Shown: positions 47,650 to 59,243, numbered from the whole stretch's first letter. The stretch is DNA of 63,536 bases, filler included, from Dehalococcoidia bacterium (GCA_041494685.1; 3 parts of 3 records of this genome joined end to end with filler, not necessarily neighbours in it), one strand, 5' to 3'. Notes: generated by a model not told the origin, from the sequence alone. A program made the numbers and translations.

Positions 47650-48337
47650 CTGGTTCCTTCCTCGCTTTCAGGTCGTAGTACAGCAGCGTCTGGCCCGTCA
47701 CCAGGAACGGGATGGTGAGCGCGATGACCAGGCCGACGATCGTGGCCGCGGCCAGCGGCGGCAGCAGTCCGGCGGGACCGGCGATGATCGACGGGCCGAC
47801 GGCGATCAGCACGATCACGAGCATGATGCCGAAGGTGCGCCACCAGTTGCCCTTGACGATCGACGAGCTGGCGTCCAGCGCGGCCCAATTCCGCTTGCCC
47901 TCGATCATCACAGCCTGGGCGCTGAACGTCCAGCGCACGACGAAGTAGGGGGCGAAGATCACGGAGAGCAGCGCCAGCACGCCGGCGAGCAGGTTCGTCG
48001 TGAGGACGGTGAAGAAGCGGGAGAGCGCGGCGTCCACGCTGGCGCCGAACTCGGGCTTCCGCCCTTCGGCGATCTCGTTGACGGCGTGGATCAGCGCCGC
48101 CGTCGCGACGATGGTGACGATCGCCTGCGGGATGGCGAAGGCGCTCGTTATGAGCTGCTGCGTGGCCGCGTCGCTGGTGCGTGACAGCGCGACGCCCGAG
48201 AGCATCTGCACGGGCGCGGTGATCAGCGCGATCGAGAAGAGCGCGCCGAAGTTGGCGAAGTACGTCCGCCAGGCGGAGCGGACGATCTCGCCCAGATCCT
48301 TGCGGCCGCGCAGGCCGGCGATCGGTTGGCGTGCCAA
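47591..48337 (-). CDS. Hypothetical multi-pass membrane protein (GDPD membrane-domain-like)
   Basis: LGEIVRSAW..Y, AL..SSSIVKGNWWR, LLYYDLKARKE. Confidence 0.75.
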   Translation of the reverse strand: MARQPIAGLRGRKDLGEIVRSAWRTYFANFGALFSIALITAPVQMLSGVALSRTSDAATQQLITSAFAIPQAIVTIVATAALIHAVNEIAEGRKPEFGASVDAALSRFFTVLTTNLLAGVLALLSVIFAPYFVVRWTFSAQAVMIEGKRNWAALDASSSIVKGNWWRTFGIMLVIVLIAVGPSIIAGPAGLLPPLAAATIVGLVIALTIPFLVTGQTLLYYDLKARKEPDAGTDGVPPAEPDLPREGA

Positions 48338-48338
48338 G

Positions 48339-49631
48339 CTAGGACAGCCCCAGGCGGCGGAAGCTGTCATCGACGTGGCGGGTGTAGACGGTGTAGTCGA
48401 AGATCTCGTCCAGCTTCGCGGCGTCGAGGCGCGACGAGACGTCGGCGTCCGTCTCGAGCAGGCCGCGCAGGGGGACGCGCTCCTTCCAGGCGCGCATGGA
48501 GTTGCGCTGCACCATGCCGTAGGCGTCCTGCCGCGAGAGGCCGGTCTCGATCAGGGCCAGCAGCACGCGCTGCGAGAAGACGAGCCCCTGCGTGAGCTCC
48601 AGGTTCTCGCGCATGCGCTGCGGGTAGACGTTGAGGCCGCGCACGATGCCGGTGAACATGTCGAGCATGTAGTCGAGCAGGATGCAGGAGTCGGGCAGCG
48701 TGATGCGCTCGGTGGAGGAGTGCGAGATGTCGCGCTCGTGCCAGAGCGCCACGTTTTCGAGCGACGTGACGGAGTAGCCGCGGAGCACGCGGGCGAGGCC
48801 GCAAATGCGCTCGCAGAGCTCCGGGTTGCGCTTGTGCGGCATCGCGCTGGAGCCGGTCTGGCCCTCGCTGAACGGCTCCTCGGCCTCCAGCACCTCGGTG
48901 CGCTGCAGGTGGCGGATCTCCTGCGCCATGCGCTCGAGCGACGCGCCGATGAGGGCGAGCGTGCCGACGAACTGCGCGTGGCGGTCGCGCGGCACGACCT
49001 GCGTGCTGATCGGCTCGACGGCGATGCCGAGACGGGCGCAGACCTTGTCCTCGACGTCGGGCGGGACGGTGGCGTGCGAGCCGACAGCGCCGCTGATCTT
49101 GCCGAACGCGACCTGCGCCTTCGCGTCCGCGAGGCGCGACTGGGCGCGGCGGATCTCCGAGACCCAGCCGGCGAGCTTGAGGCCGAAGGTGGTCGGCTCG
49201 GCGTGCACGCCGTGCGTGCGGCCGATGCAGATGGTGTCCTTGTACTCGATGGCGCGGCGCTCGACGGCCTCGCGCAGCGCCGCGAGGTCGGCCTCGAGGA
49301 TCGCGGCTGAGTCGCGCAGTTGCAGCGCGGTGGCGGTGTCCCAGACGTCCTGCGACGTGAGGCCGAGGTGCACCCAGCGCCCCTCTTCGCCCAGGCTGTC
49401 GGCGACGGACTTGAGGAACGCGGTCACGTCGTGGTGCGTCTCGGCCTGGTAGCGGGCGATGTCGTCGATGTTGTAGCGGGCGCGGCGGACCTTCTCGGCG
49501 TCGGCGACGGGGATACGGCCGGCTTCGGCCCAGGCGTCGACGACCGCGATCTCGACGGCGAGCCAACGGTCGAGCTTGCCGGCGTCGGTCCAGATCTGCG
49601 CCATGCGGGGGCGGGAGTATCGTTCGATCAT
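48339..49631 (-). CDS. purB: Adenylosuccinate lyase
   Basis: MIERYSRP, HDV, GLTSQD, GRTHG, GSSAMPHKRNP. Confidence 0.97.
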   Translation of the reverse strand: MIERYSRPRMAQIWTDAGKLDRWLAVEIAVVDAWAEAGRIPVADAEKVRRARYNIDDIARYQAETHHDVTAFLKSVADSLGEEGRWVHLGLTSQDVWDTATALQLRDSAAILEADLAALREAVERRAIEYKDTICIGRTHGVHAEPTTFGLKLAGWVSEIRRAQSRLADAKAQVAFGKISGAVGSHATVPPDVEDKVCARLGIAVEPISTQVVPRDRHAQFVGTLALIGASLERMAQEIRHLQRTEVLEAEEPFSEGQTGSSAMPHKRNPELCERICGLARVLRGYSVTSLENVALWHERDISHSSTERITLPDSCILLDYMLDMFTGIVRGLNVYPQRMRENLELTQGLVFSQRVLLALIETGLSRQDAYGMVQRNSMRAWKERVPLRGLLETDADVSSRLDAAKLDEIFDYTVYTRHVDDSFRRLGLS

Positions 49632-49716
49632 CGTGTCCTCGTGCGGCGGCGCCATTGCGCGCCCGCCTGCGGCTCGACATAACGGCGGCCAGGAGTTGTG
49701 CGCTGGACGGCGCAGT

Positions 49717-50178
49717 CTATCCGGACGCCAGCTTCTTGCGGTAGGCGTCGTACGCCTCGCGGATGTCGCTATGGCTGAGCGCCAGGATCTCAGCGGCGAG
49801 CGTGGCGGCGTTGCGCGCGCCCCACGCGCCGACGGCGACGGTGGCGACGGGCATGCCGGGGGGCATCTGCACGATGGAGTAGAGGGCATCGATGCCCTTG
49901 AGTTCGCTGGAGGCGAGCGGCACGCCGATGACGGGCAGGGCGGTGTACGACTTGCAGACGCCGGGCAGCGCGGCCGCGCCGCCGGCGGCGGCGATGATCA
50001 CCTGGATGCCGCGGTCGCGGGCGGACGAGACGTAGTCGCGGACCTTGTCGGGCGTACGGTGCGCGGACATGACGTGCACCTCGTGCTCGATCTTGAACTG
50101 CGCCAGCGTGTCCATGCAGGACCGCATCGCCTCCATGTCGGACTTCGATCCCATCAGCACGGCTACTAGTGCGGTCAC
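49717..50178 (-). CDS. purE: N5-carboxyaminoimidazole ribonucleotide mutase
   Basis: MGSKSD, SAHRTP, PVIGVP, QMPPGMPVATV; alternative ATG at 50190. Confidence 0.96.
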   Translation of the reverse strand: MTALVAVLMGSKSDMEAMRSCMDTLAQFKIEHEVHVMSAHRTPDKVRDYVSSARDRGIQVIIAAAGGAAALPGVCKSYTALPVIGVPLASSELKGIDALYSIVQMPPGMPVATVAVGAWGARNAATLAAEILALSHSDIREAYDAYRKKLASG

Positions 50179-50183
50179 GCTGT

Positions 50184-50227
50184 CCCTCATCCCCTGGCCC
50201 CCTCTCCCACGAGGGGAGAGGGGGAAG
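50184..50227. repeat. REP-like palindrome (CCCTCAYCCC...CCTCTCCC...GGGAGAGG class)
   Basis: Perfect 11-bp stem CCCCCTCTCCC-ACGAG-GGGAGAGGGGG at 50198-50224. Confidence 0.75.
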
Positions 50228-51324
50228 ATCCTGCCACTTCGCTGGCTCCGATATCGGTGCGGTAGTGCATGCCGTCGAAGCGGATGCGCTCGATGTTGCG
50301 GTAGACCTTCTCGCGTGCGGCGGCCATGGTGGGCGCGGTGGCGGTGACGGCGAGGACGCGGCCGCCGTTCGTGACGATGCGGCCGTCGGGGTCGCGCCTG
50401 GTGCCGGCGTGGAAGACGACGATGTCCTTGTCGACGTCGTCGAGGCCGCTGATCGGCTTGCCGGTCTCGTAGGCGCCGGGGTAGCCGCCGGACGCAAGCA
50501 TGACGGTGAGGGCGGCATCGCTGCTCCAGCGCACGTCGACGCGCTCGAGCGTGCCGGCGGCGACGGCGAGCATGATCTCGAGCAGGTCGGACTCGAGGCG
50601 CGGCAGCAGGGCCTCGGTCTCGGGGTCGCCGAAGCGGGCGTTGAACTCGATCACGCGCGGGCCGTCGGGTGTGATGAAGAGGCCGGGATAGAGGACGCCT
50701 TTGAACGGCGTGCCCTCGGCGGCCATCGCGCGCACCGCGGCCTCGGTGATGTCGCGGCGGATCTGCCCGGCGGTCGAGGCGTCGAGCCAGGCGGGCGGGC
50801 TGTAGACGCCCATGCCGCCGGTGTTGGGGCCGCGGTTGCCGTCGAACACGGGCTTGTGGTCGCAGGAGAAGGGCATGTGGGCGACGGTCTTGCCGTCGCT
50901 GAAGGCGTGCGCGCTCGTCTCGCGGCCGGCGAGCCGGTCTTCGATGACGACGCTGCTCCCCGCCGCGCCGAGGCGGCGATCGACGAGGAGTTCGCGCAGG
51001 GCCTCGATCGCCTGCGCGTGCGAGTCGGTGACGATCGCGCCTTTGCCCGCGCTGAGGCCGTCGGCCTTCACGACGACTTCGCAGGGGCGCGACTCGACAT
51101 AGCGTGCGGCGGCGGCGAAGTCGTCGAAGCTGGCGTTCTCGCTCATCGGGATGCTATGGCGGCGCATGAGGTCCTTGGCGAAGGACTTGGAGGCCTCGAT
51201 CCGCGCGGCCGCCTTCGTGGGGCCGAAGGCGGCGATGCCTGCGGCTTCGAGGCGGTCGACGAGGCCGAGCGCCAGCGGATCGTCGGGCGCGACGATGACG
51301 AATTCGATGCGGCGATCGCGCGCG
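50187..51324 (-). CDS. purD: Phosphoribosylamine-glycine ligase, 5' truncated by contig end
   Basis: VVKADGLSAGKG, GPNTGGMG, EFNARFGDPE, TNGGRVL, YRTDIG. Confidence 0.96.
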
Positions 51325-51424
51325 NNNNNNNNNNNNNNNNNNNNNNNNNNNNNNNNNNNNNNNNNNNNTTAATTAATTAANNNNNNNNNNNNNNNNNNNN
51401 NNNNNNNNNNNNNNNNNNNNNNNN
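51325..51424. other. Artificial contig linker
   Basis: N44-TTAATTAATTAA-N44. Confidence 0.98.
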
Positions 51425-51926
51425 CAGGGAACTCCTGCTCGGCGTTCTTAGGGCGGTCTCCGCCCCGCAGCGTCTGGGTGAGCCGCACGATCTCTCCGCG
51501 CTTCTCGTAGCGCGCGTGGACCATCGCCTGCGCAACGACGTGCGATAGCAACGGGCTCGTCGCGACGAGGACATGCGCGCCAGGTACCAGCTTCGGGAGC
51601 AGCGCTGTCCCCCACGCAAGGAAGAACTCGTAGAGGTCCGCCTTGTCCTGCGCACCGAGGACGGTGAAGCGCGGCACCGGTGACCGCTTGTGCCCACCAA
51701 TAGCCGGAGGAATCCGCCACACCCCGCCGCGTCCCTGCCGGAGCTTGTTCACCTGGGTGGGCGTGTACTCGAGCATGCCGTACGGCGGGTCCGTGACGAC
51801 GGCTTCAAACGAGTTGTCAGGTTGGCCGGCGAGCCACGTGAGGCAGTCGGCCTCATGGAGTTCGGTGAGACCTGAGGGTGTGCAGAACACCCGTGAGAGG
51901 CGCGGCGCCGGGCGACGTTCGAACAC
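51425..51926 (-). CDS. Site-specific DNA methyltransferase (N4/N6, beta class), 3' truncated
   Basis: ADCL..L....DNSFEAVVTDPPY catalytic motif IV near the N-terminus. Confidence 0.85.
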
Positions 51927-52023
51927 GGGAGGGCCTCTTCAGAAGATTTGTTCTGGTGCTAGGATACTGGCAGCGACTGGCCTGCGTCTACCCATACGCG
52001 GCGCGTAAACGGTCAACTTAGGC

Positions 52024-52632
52024 TTACCGCGCCGTCTTCGGGATGACGAACTTGTTGGCGGAGTGCGTGGCGCTGTAACCGACGACCTTCACGGCGACGA
52101 GGCCGGCCGCCTTTGCGATGCCCATGACATCGGTGTCCTTGATGCCGTCCTTGCCCTTCGGCGTCAGCGTCCAGAGCGCGCCATCGCGCTTCATGTACGT
52201 GATCGTCTGCCGCAGACCGGCGAGCGCGGGCAACGTCTCCGCGCCGAGGAAGATCACGTCGGCGTCCCTTACGAGGCGTGTCGAGACCATGACGCCGCGT
52301 TCGCGCAGCTGCTCCGCCAGCGCAGCGTCCGGCACGCGCAGGAGCACGGCGCGCTGGCCGGGCTGCACGCCCAGCTTGTCGAGGACGCTCTTCGGGTTGC
52401 GGATCTTCTCCGCCCACGCCTCGGCCTGCGGGCCGATCTCGAAGATGACGGTGCCGCCGGGGTAGGTGAGCTTCAGCTTGCCGCCGGCGGCGTCGAGCGC
52501 GCTGATCTCCGCCAGAGGGATGACGACGCGCGCGCCGTCGCCGCGGAAGATGATCTCGTGGGCCTCCAGCAGCGCCTTGCCGGCGACGCTCTTGCGGCCG
52601 ATGCGGGCGCTGCAAGCGATCTCGGCGCCCAC
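52024..52632 (-). CDS. DUF3052-like hypothetical protein
   Basis: LDKLGV, GALWTLTPKG, AGLVAVKV. Confidence 0.65.
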   Translation of the reverse strand: MGAEIACSARIGRKSVAGKALLEAHEIIFRGDGARVVIPLAEISALDAAGGKLKLTYPGGTVIFEIGPQAEAWAEKIRNPKSVLDKLGVQPGQRAVLLRVPDAALAEQLRERGVMVSTRLVRDADVIFLGAETLPALAGLRQTITYMKRDGALWTLTPKGKDGIKDTDVMGIAKAAGLVAVKVVGYSATHSANKFVIPKTAR

Positions 52633-52636
52633 GCGG

Positions 52637-53620
52637 CTACTGCCGCGTGACGAGCAGCACGATGCCGGCGGTGACGAGCCAGCCGATCGACGTGAGCATG
52701 ATCGGGACGTCGCGCAGTAGCACTTCTTCCGGGCTGCCGCCCTCGCGCTTCTCGTGGACGAGGTAGAGGTAGCGGAAGATGCCGTAGAGGACGAACGGGA
52801 TCGTGAGCATCATTGAGTGGTTGGCGGGCAGGCCCTCCGCGGTGAACGTGTAGAGGCCGTACGCCATCAGCAGCGCCGCGGTGACGGTGTTGCCCATCTG
52901 CTCCAGCAGTTCGACGCTGTACTCGTCGAGGATCTTGCGGTGGTTGCCCGCGCCGCCCTCGAGCAGCTCCAGCTCGGCGCGGCGCTTGTTGATGCCCAGG
53001 AACAGCGCGCCGAGGGCGGTGACGACGTACAGCCAGGGCGAGATCGGCACGTCGATGGCGAAGGCGCCGGCCATGGCCCGCAGCACAAAGCCGGCAGCGA
53101 TGACCATCAGGTCCAGCAAGACGACGTGCTTGAGCCGGTACGAGTAGAGGACGATCAGCACGGTGTAGGTGGCGGTGACCAGGCCGACTCTCCAGTGCAG
53201 CGCGAACGCCGCGCCGTTGCCGGCTACGGCCAGCACGACAGCCCACGTCCAGGCGGTGCGCACGGGCAGGAGGCCGGCCGGGATGGGGCGGTAGCGCTTC
53301 TTGGGGTGGGCGCGGTCGCTCTCGATGTCGCGGATGTCGTTGACGAGGTAGTCGGCGCTGGAGACCATGATGAAGGCGATGGCCGCGACGGCGGCGGCGC
53401 CGAACTTGGGCAGCCACTCGGAGGGGTCGCCGAGGTGGTACTGCTGGCCGACGGAGAAGATAAGCGCGAGGAAGACGATGCCGTTCTTCGTCCACTGGCG
53501 CGGGCGCAGGGCGCGCAGGAGATACCGAAGCTGAGGCATCGCGCCGGCCCGGCGGAGTTCGGGGGTTCGTTCGGCGGTGGCTGTCTGGCCGCTCCGCAGG
53601 ACAGCCTCGTCGTTCGCCAT
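52637..53620 (-). CDS. UbiA family prenyltransferase (decaprenyl-phosphate phosphoribosyltransferase-like)
   Basis: RPRQWTKN, YLVNDIRDIESDRAHPKKRYRP, KRRAE, GGSPE. Confidence 0.9.
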   Translation of the reverse strand: MANDEAVLRSGQTATAERTPELRRAGAMPQLRYLLRALRPRQWTKNGIVFLALIFSVGQQYHLGDPSEWLPKFGAAAVAAIAFIMVSSADYLVNDIRDIESDRAHPKKRYRPIPAGLLPVRTAWTWAVVLAVAGNGAAFALHWRVGLVTATYTVLIVLYSYRLKHVVLLDLMVIAAGFVLRAMAGAFAIDVPISPWLYVVTALGALFLGINKRRAELELLEGGAGNHRKILDEYSVELLEQMGNTVTAALLMAYGLYTFTAEGLPANHSMMLTIPFVLYGIFRYLYLVHEKREGGSPEEVLLRDVPIMLTSIGWLVTAGIVLLVTRQ

Positions 53621-53722
53621 GGCGGCATGATAGCGCAACGTGCCGGTGCGGCAGAAATTACATAACGAGCCGCTCCGTCCGATGATCGATGCAGGGGTGA
53701 CGAGTGTGATGGGGGTGCTGAC

Positions 53723-54169
53723 ATGGACCGCGCGCAGGCGCTGAAGACGTTACGGCTCGATGGTTCGGCGGACGGCAGGACGGTCGAGAGCCAGTACTGG
53801 AACCTGGTGCGCCAGGCGCAGGAGCGCGCCGGGCGCGATCCCGGCTCGGAGGCGGAGATCGACCGGCTGAACGCCGCGTACGGCACGCTGGCGCCGGACG
53901 CGCGGCGGGGCGCGGCCCGTCCGGCGCAACCGGTGGCCGTGAGTTCGGGGGCGCAATGGCTCGACTGGTTCGCCGACTGGGTGTCGGCGGAGGCGCTGCG
54001 CACGCGCATGCGCTGGGCGGGCCGCAACCCGGAGGTCGCGCTGATCGGCGGCGGCGCCGGCGTGCTGATGCTGCTTGCGATCGGCGCGGGCGCGTCGCTC
54101 CCGGCGACGTTCCTGGCGGCGGGCCTCGTCTGCGCCGCCATCTGGTCGCCGTGGCGGCGGCCGAAGTAG
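53723..54169 (+). CDS. Hypothetical membrane protein with degenerate J-domain-like N-terminus
   Basis: AL..L.L...A....V...Y..L....LNAAY..L pattern, two C-terminal TM helices. Confidence 0.6.
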   Translation: MDRAQALKTLRLDGSADGRTVESQYWNLVRQAQERAGRDPGSEAEIDRLNAAYGTLAPDARRGAARPAQPVAVSSGAQWLDWFADWVSAEALRTRMRWAGRNPEVALIGGGAGVLMLLAIGAGASLPATFLAAGLVCAAIWSPWRRPK

Positions 54170-54230
54170 CCAGAGCGCGCGGCCGGGCGTGCGCTCACAC
54201 GAGCATCGAAAGATGCTGGCAGCGCGGCCG

Positions 54231-55781
<1,551 letters not shown>

Positions 55782-55905
55782 GGCGGGATCGTAGCAAACG
55801 GCCCAATTTCGCGGTACTCGCGCCGCCGACTACCTGGGCCGCCGCGAATCTGCGCGAACCTGCGGCCGGCGTGGCCCGCAGCGACCGCGCCGCTACACTG
55901 CCCGC

Positions 55906-56958
55906 ATGACGATGACAGGCGACGGCACCGGTATACGCGCACTCGTAGCGGCGGTGGGGCAGGGGGCCACGAACGGGCGGTACCTGACGCGCGAGGAGTC
56001 GCGCACCGCGCTCGAGGCGATCATGGACGGCGTGGCGACGCCCGCCCAGGCGGGGGCGCTGCTGCTGTTGCAGCGCTACCGCGGCGAGGCGCCGGAGGAA
56101 CTGCTGGGCTACTGCGACGCGGTGCGCGGGCGCATGCGGCCGTTCGCGCCGCGCGTCGAGGGGATGCTGGACATCGGCAGCCCCTACGACGGGCGCGCCA
56201 AGCACATCGTGGTGAGCCCGGCGGCGAGCATCGTCGCGGCGGCGGCGGGCGTGCCGGTGGTGATGCACGGCGAGCGCGACATGGGCCCGAAGCGCGGCCT
56301 GCCCGTCGGCGACGTGATCGAGGCGCTGGGGGTGGAGACGGACCTCGAGACGGAAGCGGTCGCGCGCGGCATCGAGGCATGCGGGCTGGGGTACCTGCGG
56401 CAGGCGCGGCTGGTGCCGCCACTCTACGCGTTGAAGTCGTTCCGCGAGGAGCTGGGGCTGCGCACGCCGCTGCACATGGTGGAGAAGATCTGCCGCCCGG
56501 GCGACGCGCCGTACCAGCTCATAGGCGTGGCCCACATGCCGTACCTGGTGCAGCTTGCGCCGACGCTGACGGCGCTGGGCGCGCGGCGGGTGATGGTGGT
56601 GCAGGGCATGGAAGGGCACGAGGACGTGACGACGTCGCGCGGGGCGCGCGTGATCGAGATCGACGCGACGGGCGCGCAGGACGAGTGGCGGCTGGACCCG
56701 GCGGCGCTGGGGCTGGAGCCCGCGACGGACGACGACCTCGCGCCGGGCGACGCGGAGCGCTCGGTGCGGCTGGCGCTGGCCGTGCTCGACGGCTCGGCGA
56801 ACGCGACGCAGCGCGACCTCGTGGTGCTGAACGCGGCGCTGCGGATCAAGCTCGCGGGCCGCGCGCCGGACATGGCGTCAGCGCTCGACGCGGCGCGCGC
56901 GGCGATCGCGTCGGGCGAGGCGCTGCGGCGGCTGCAGGCGTGGCGGGATGTGCGGTAG
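55906..56958 (+). CDS. Anthranilate phosphoribosyltransferase-like protein (TrpD2/YbiB type)
   Basis: LTREE, AQAGALL, SPYDG instead of GTGGD, VVMHG, REELGLRTP. Confidence 0.8.
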   Translation: MTMTGDGTGIRALVAAVGQGATNGRYLTREESRTALEAIMDGVATPAQAGALLLLQRYRGEAPEELLGYCDAVRGRMRPFAPRVEGMLDIGSPYDGRAKHIVVSPAASIVAAAAGVPVVMHGERDMGPKRGLPVGDVIEALGVETDLETEAVARGIEACGLGYLRQARLVPPLYALKSFREELGLRTPLHMVEKICRPGDAPYQLIGVAHMPYLVQLAPTLTALGARRVMVVQGMEGHEDVTTSRGARVIEIDATGAQDEWRLDPAALGLEPATDDDLAPGDAERSVRLALAVLDGSANATQRDLVVLNAALRIKLAGRAPDMASALDAARAAIASGEALRRLQAWRDVR

Positions 56959-56980
56959 GGGCAGCGCCCCGCTCCGGCTA

Positions 56981-57601
56981 CTACTGAGTTAGCTGGCTGA
57001 GAGGCACAACCTCCCCGGTTTCGGGTAGCAGCGCCAGGCGTTGGGCCAACAGCCCCGAGTTGTGGAGATTAGCCGCGAGCAACCGCGAGCTGAGGTCGTC
57101 CTGGCCCATGGCGTTGTGCCAGGAGCCGTTGCTTTCGTCGGGCTGGCTGATCCAGACGAAGCTGTAAGACGCTCCGTCGGGCGCGGGTGGGAATCGCAGT
57201 GCGGCCGCAGTCGCCGGATCGCGCGCTTCGAGGCTCTTCGCGTAGCCAGTTGCGGCCGACAATTCGGCGAGCGAGACGTTGATCGCGTAGATTGGTAGAC
57301 CTGCCTGAAGCCTGCCGCGCAAGAATGCCGGGTCTACCTCAGCCCATGCGCTGCGGTCGATCACCAGGACCGAGTGCGGGCCGGTCGCCTGCTCGAACTC
57401 TGCTGAGGTCGCCGCCTTGTGCGCCTTTGCCAAGGCGGCCGGGGCGACGCTGGTTGCGAAGGGATCTCCCTTCGAGAACAGCACGATATCAGGCGCGCTT
57501 CCTCCGAGCGCTGCGGACGCTCGGCCTCTGTGCTCGGCGCCGATCGCGATCGTCGCCGCAAGTCCGATGAACGCGAGGGACACGAGTACGAGCCTGTACA
57601 C
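56981..57601 (-). CDS. Hypothetical secreted protein
   Basis: AGGAG RBS, signal peptide, atypical codon usage. Confidence 0.6.
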   Translation of the reverse strand: MYRLVLVSLAFIGLAATIAIGAEHRGRASAALGGSAPDIVLFSKGDPFATSVAPAALAKAHKAATSAEFEQATGPHSVLVIDRSAWAEVDPAFLRGRLQAGLPIYAINVSLAELSAATGYAKSLEARDPATAAALRFPPAPDGASYSFVWISQPDESNGSWHNAMGQDDLSSRLLAANLHNSGLLAQRLALLPETGEVVPLSQLTQ

Positions 57602-57715
57602 GCCTGACTCCTGAAATTACTGGAGCGCGGTTCAATAATACATAACTTCGCACACTATGGGGCGAAGCGCGCGACCCGAGGTCCAGCGCTGCGAAGGCAG
57701 CGACGCGGCCACTCC

Positions 57716-59131
57716 TTACCGGCCGGCGGCGAAGGGCGGGCGCTTGTCGGCCCAGGGCTGCGCCTGCTCGAATGCGCGGCAGGCGCGGAGCACGAGCGAA
57801 TCCTGGTAGGCGCGGCCGACGACGTGCAGCCCGACAGGCAGCCCCTTTGAGTCGAACCCGCACGGCACCGAGGCGGCCGGCTGGCCCGTCAGGTTGAACG
57901 GCTGCGTGAACGGCATCCAGCCGAACGGCGCGACCTTCTGCCCGGCGACCTCGTCCGGCTGCGAGCCGATCGTGGGCGCGGTGATCGAGAGCACGGGCGT
58001 GAGCAGCAGGTCGTAGGTGCGGTGGAAACGCTGCATGGTCTCCCAGATCAGCATGCGCCGCTTGTTGGCCTTGACGACGTCGATGCCGGTGGTGCGCAGC
58101 CCGAAGTTGAGGAAGACCTTCGCGGGCTCGTCGAGCAGCGCCTTCTGCTCGTCGGTGAACTCGCTCAGGTACTCCGCATCGCTCGACGCGCCGATGACCA
58201 TGAACGTCTGGTCGGCGGCGGGGTTCGCGAAGCCCGGCGACGCTTCCTCCACGACGCAGCCGAGATCGGCGAAACGCCTGGCGGCGGCCTCGCAGATCGC
58301 GCGCACCTCCGGGTCGACGGGCGCGTAGCCGAGGTCCGGCGACCATGCGACGCGCAGGCCGGCGATGCCCTGGTCGACCTCCGCCAGGAACGAGCCGTCG
58401 TAGTCGGCGATCGAGAACGGGTCTTCGGGCTCGTGCCCGCACATGACGTCCATCGCCAGCGCGGCGTCGCTCACGGTGCGGGTTGTCGGGCCGCGATGCG
58501 TCATGGTGGTCCAGCCGCCGGGGTTGCGGGGCACGCGCCCGTACGTGGGCTTGATGCCGAAGACGCCGCAGAACGACGCGGGGATGCGGATGGAGCCGCC
58601 GCCGTCGCTGCTCAGGGCGATCGGGCCGAGGCCGGCGGCCACGGCGGAGGCCGCGCCGCCGCTCGATCCGCCGGGGGTGCGGGTGGTGTCCCAGGGGTTG
58701 CGGGTGGCGCCGAAGAGGCGGTTCTCGGTGAGCGGGATGAAGCCGAACTCCGGCGTGTTGGTCTTGCCCAGGTGGATGCCGCCGGCGTCGAGCAGGCGTT
58801 TCGCGACGAACTCGTAGCCGGTGGCGATCTTGTCCTTGTAGATCAGCGAGCCCTTCGTCGTGGGCAGGCCCTTGACGTCGAAGAGATCCTTGATCGAGAC
58901 GGGGATGCCGTGCAACGGGCCCAGGTCGTCGCCGCGCTGCACCGCCGCCTCCGCCTCGCGCGCGGCCGACAGCGCCATCTCGTGCGTGACGAGGCAGTAG
59001 GCGTTGAGGCCGGGGTTGAGTGCGTCGATGCGCTCGAGCAGGGCACGGGTCAGTTCGACGGGCGACAGCTTCTTCGCGCGGATCGCGGCGGACATCTCCG
59101 TGGCAGGCATGTAGGCGAGTTCGTCGTGCAT
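57716..59131 (-). CDS. Amidase signature family protein
   Basis: IKDL, GKTNTPEFG, GGSSGG, DGGGSIRIPAS. Confidence 0.95.
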   Translation of the reverse strand: MHDELAYMPATEMSAAIRAKKLSPVELTRALLERIDALNPGLNAYCLVTHEMALSAAREAEAAVQRGDDLGPLHGIPVSIKDLFDVKGLPTTKGSLIYKDKIATGYEFVAKRLLDAGGIHLGKTNTPEFGFIPLTENRLFGATRNPWDTTRTPGGSSGGAASAVAAGLGPIALSSDGGGSIRIPASFCGVFGIKPTYGRVPRNPGGWTTMTHRGPTTRTVSDAALAMDVMCGHEPEDPFSIADYDGSFLAEVDQGIAGLRVAWSPDLGYAPVDPEVRAICEAAARRFADLGCVVEEASPGFANPAADQTFMVIGASSDAEYLSEFTDEQKALLDEPAKVFLNFGLRTTGIDVVKANKRRMLIWETMQRFHRTYDLLLTPVLSITAPTIGSQPDEVAGQKVAPFGWMPFTQPFNLTGQPAASVPCGFDSKGLPVGLHVVGRAYQDSLVLRACRAFEQAQPWADKRPPFAAGR

Positions 59132-59243
59132 GGGGCGTCCCTTCGTGCGGCCGCGGCGGCTCGGGTGCGCCGCTGCCTGCCCGAACGATCTCCTTCCGGG
59201 CGCTGTGTGTCAACCGCAGAGGCGATGTTACAATCGGCTCACT

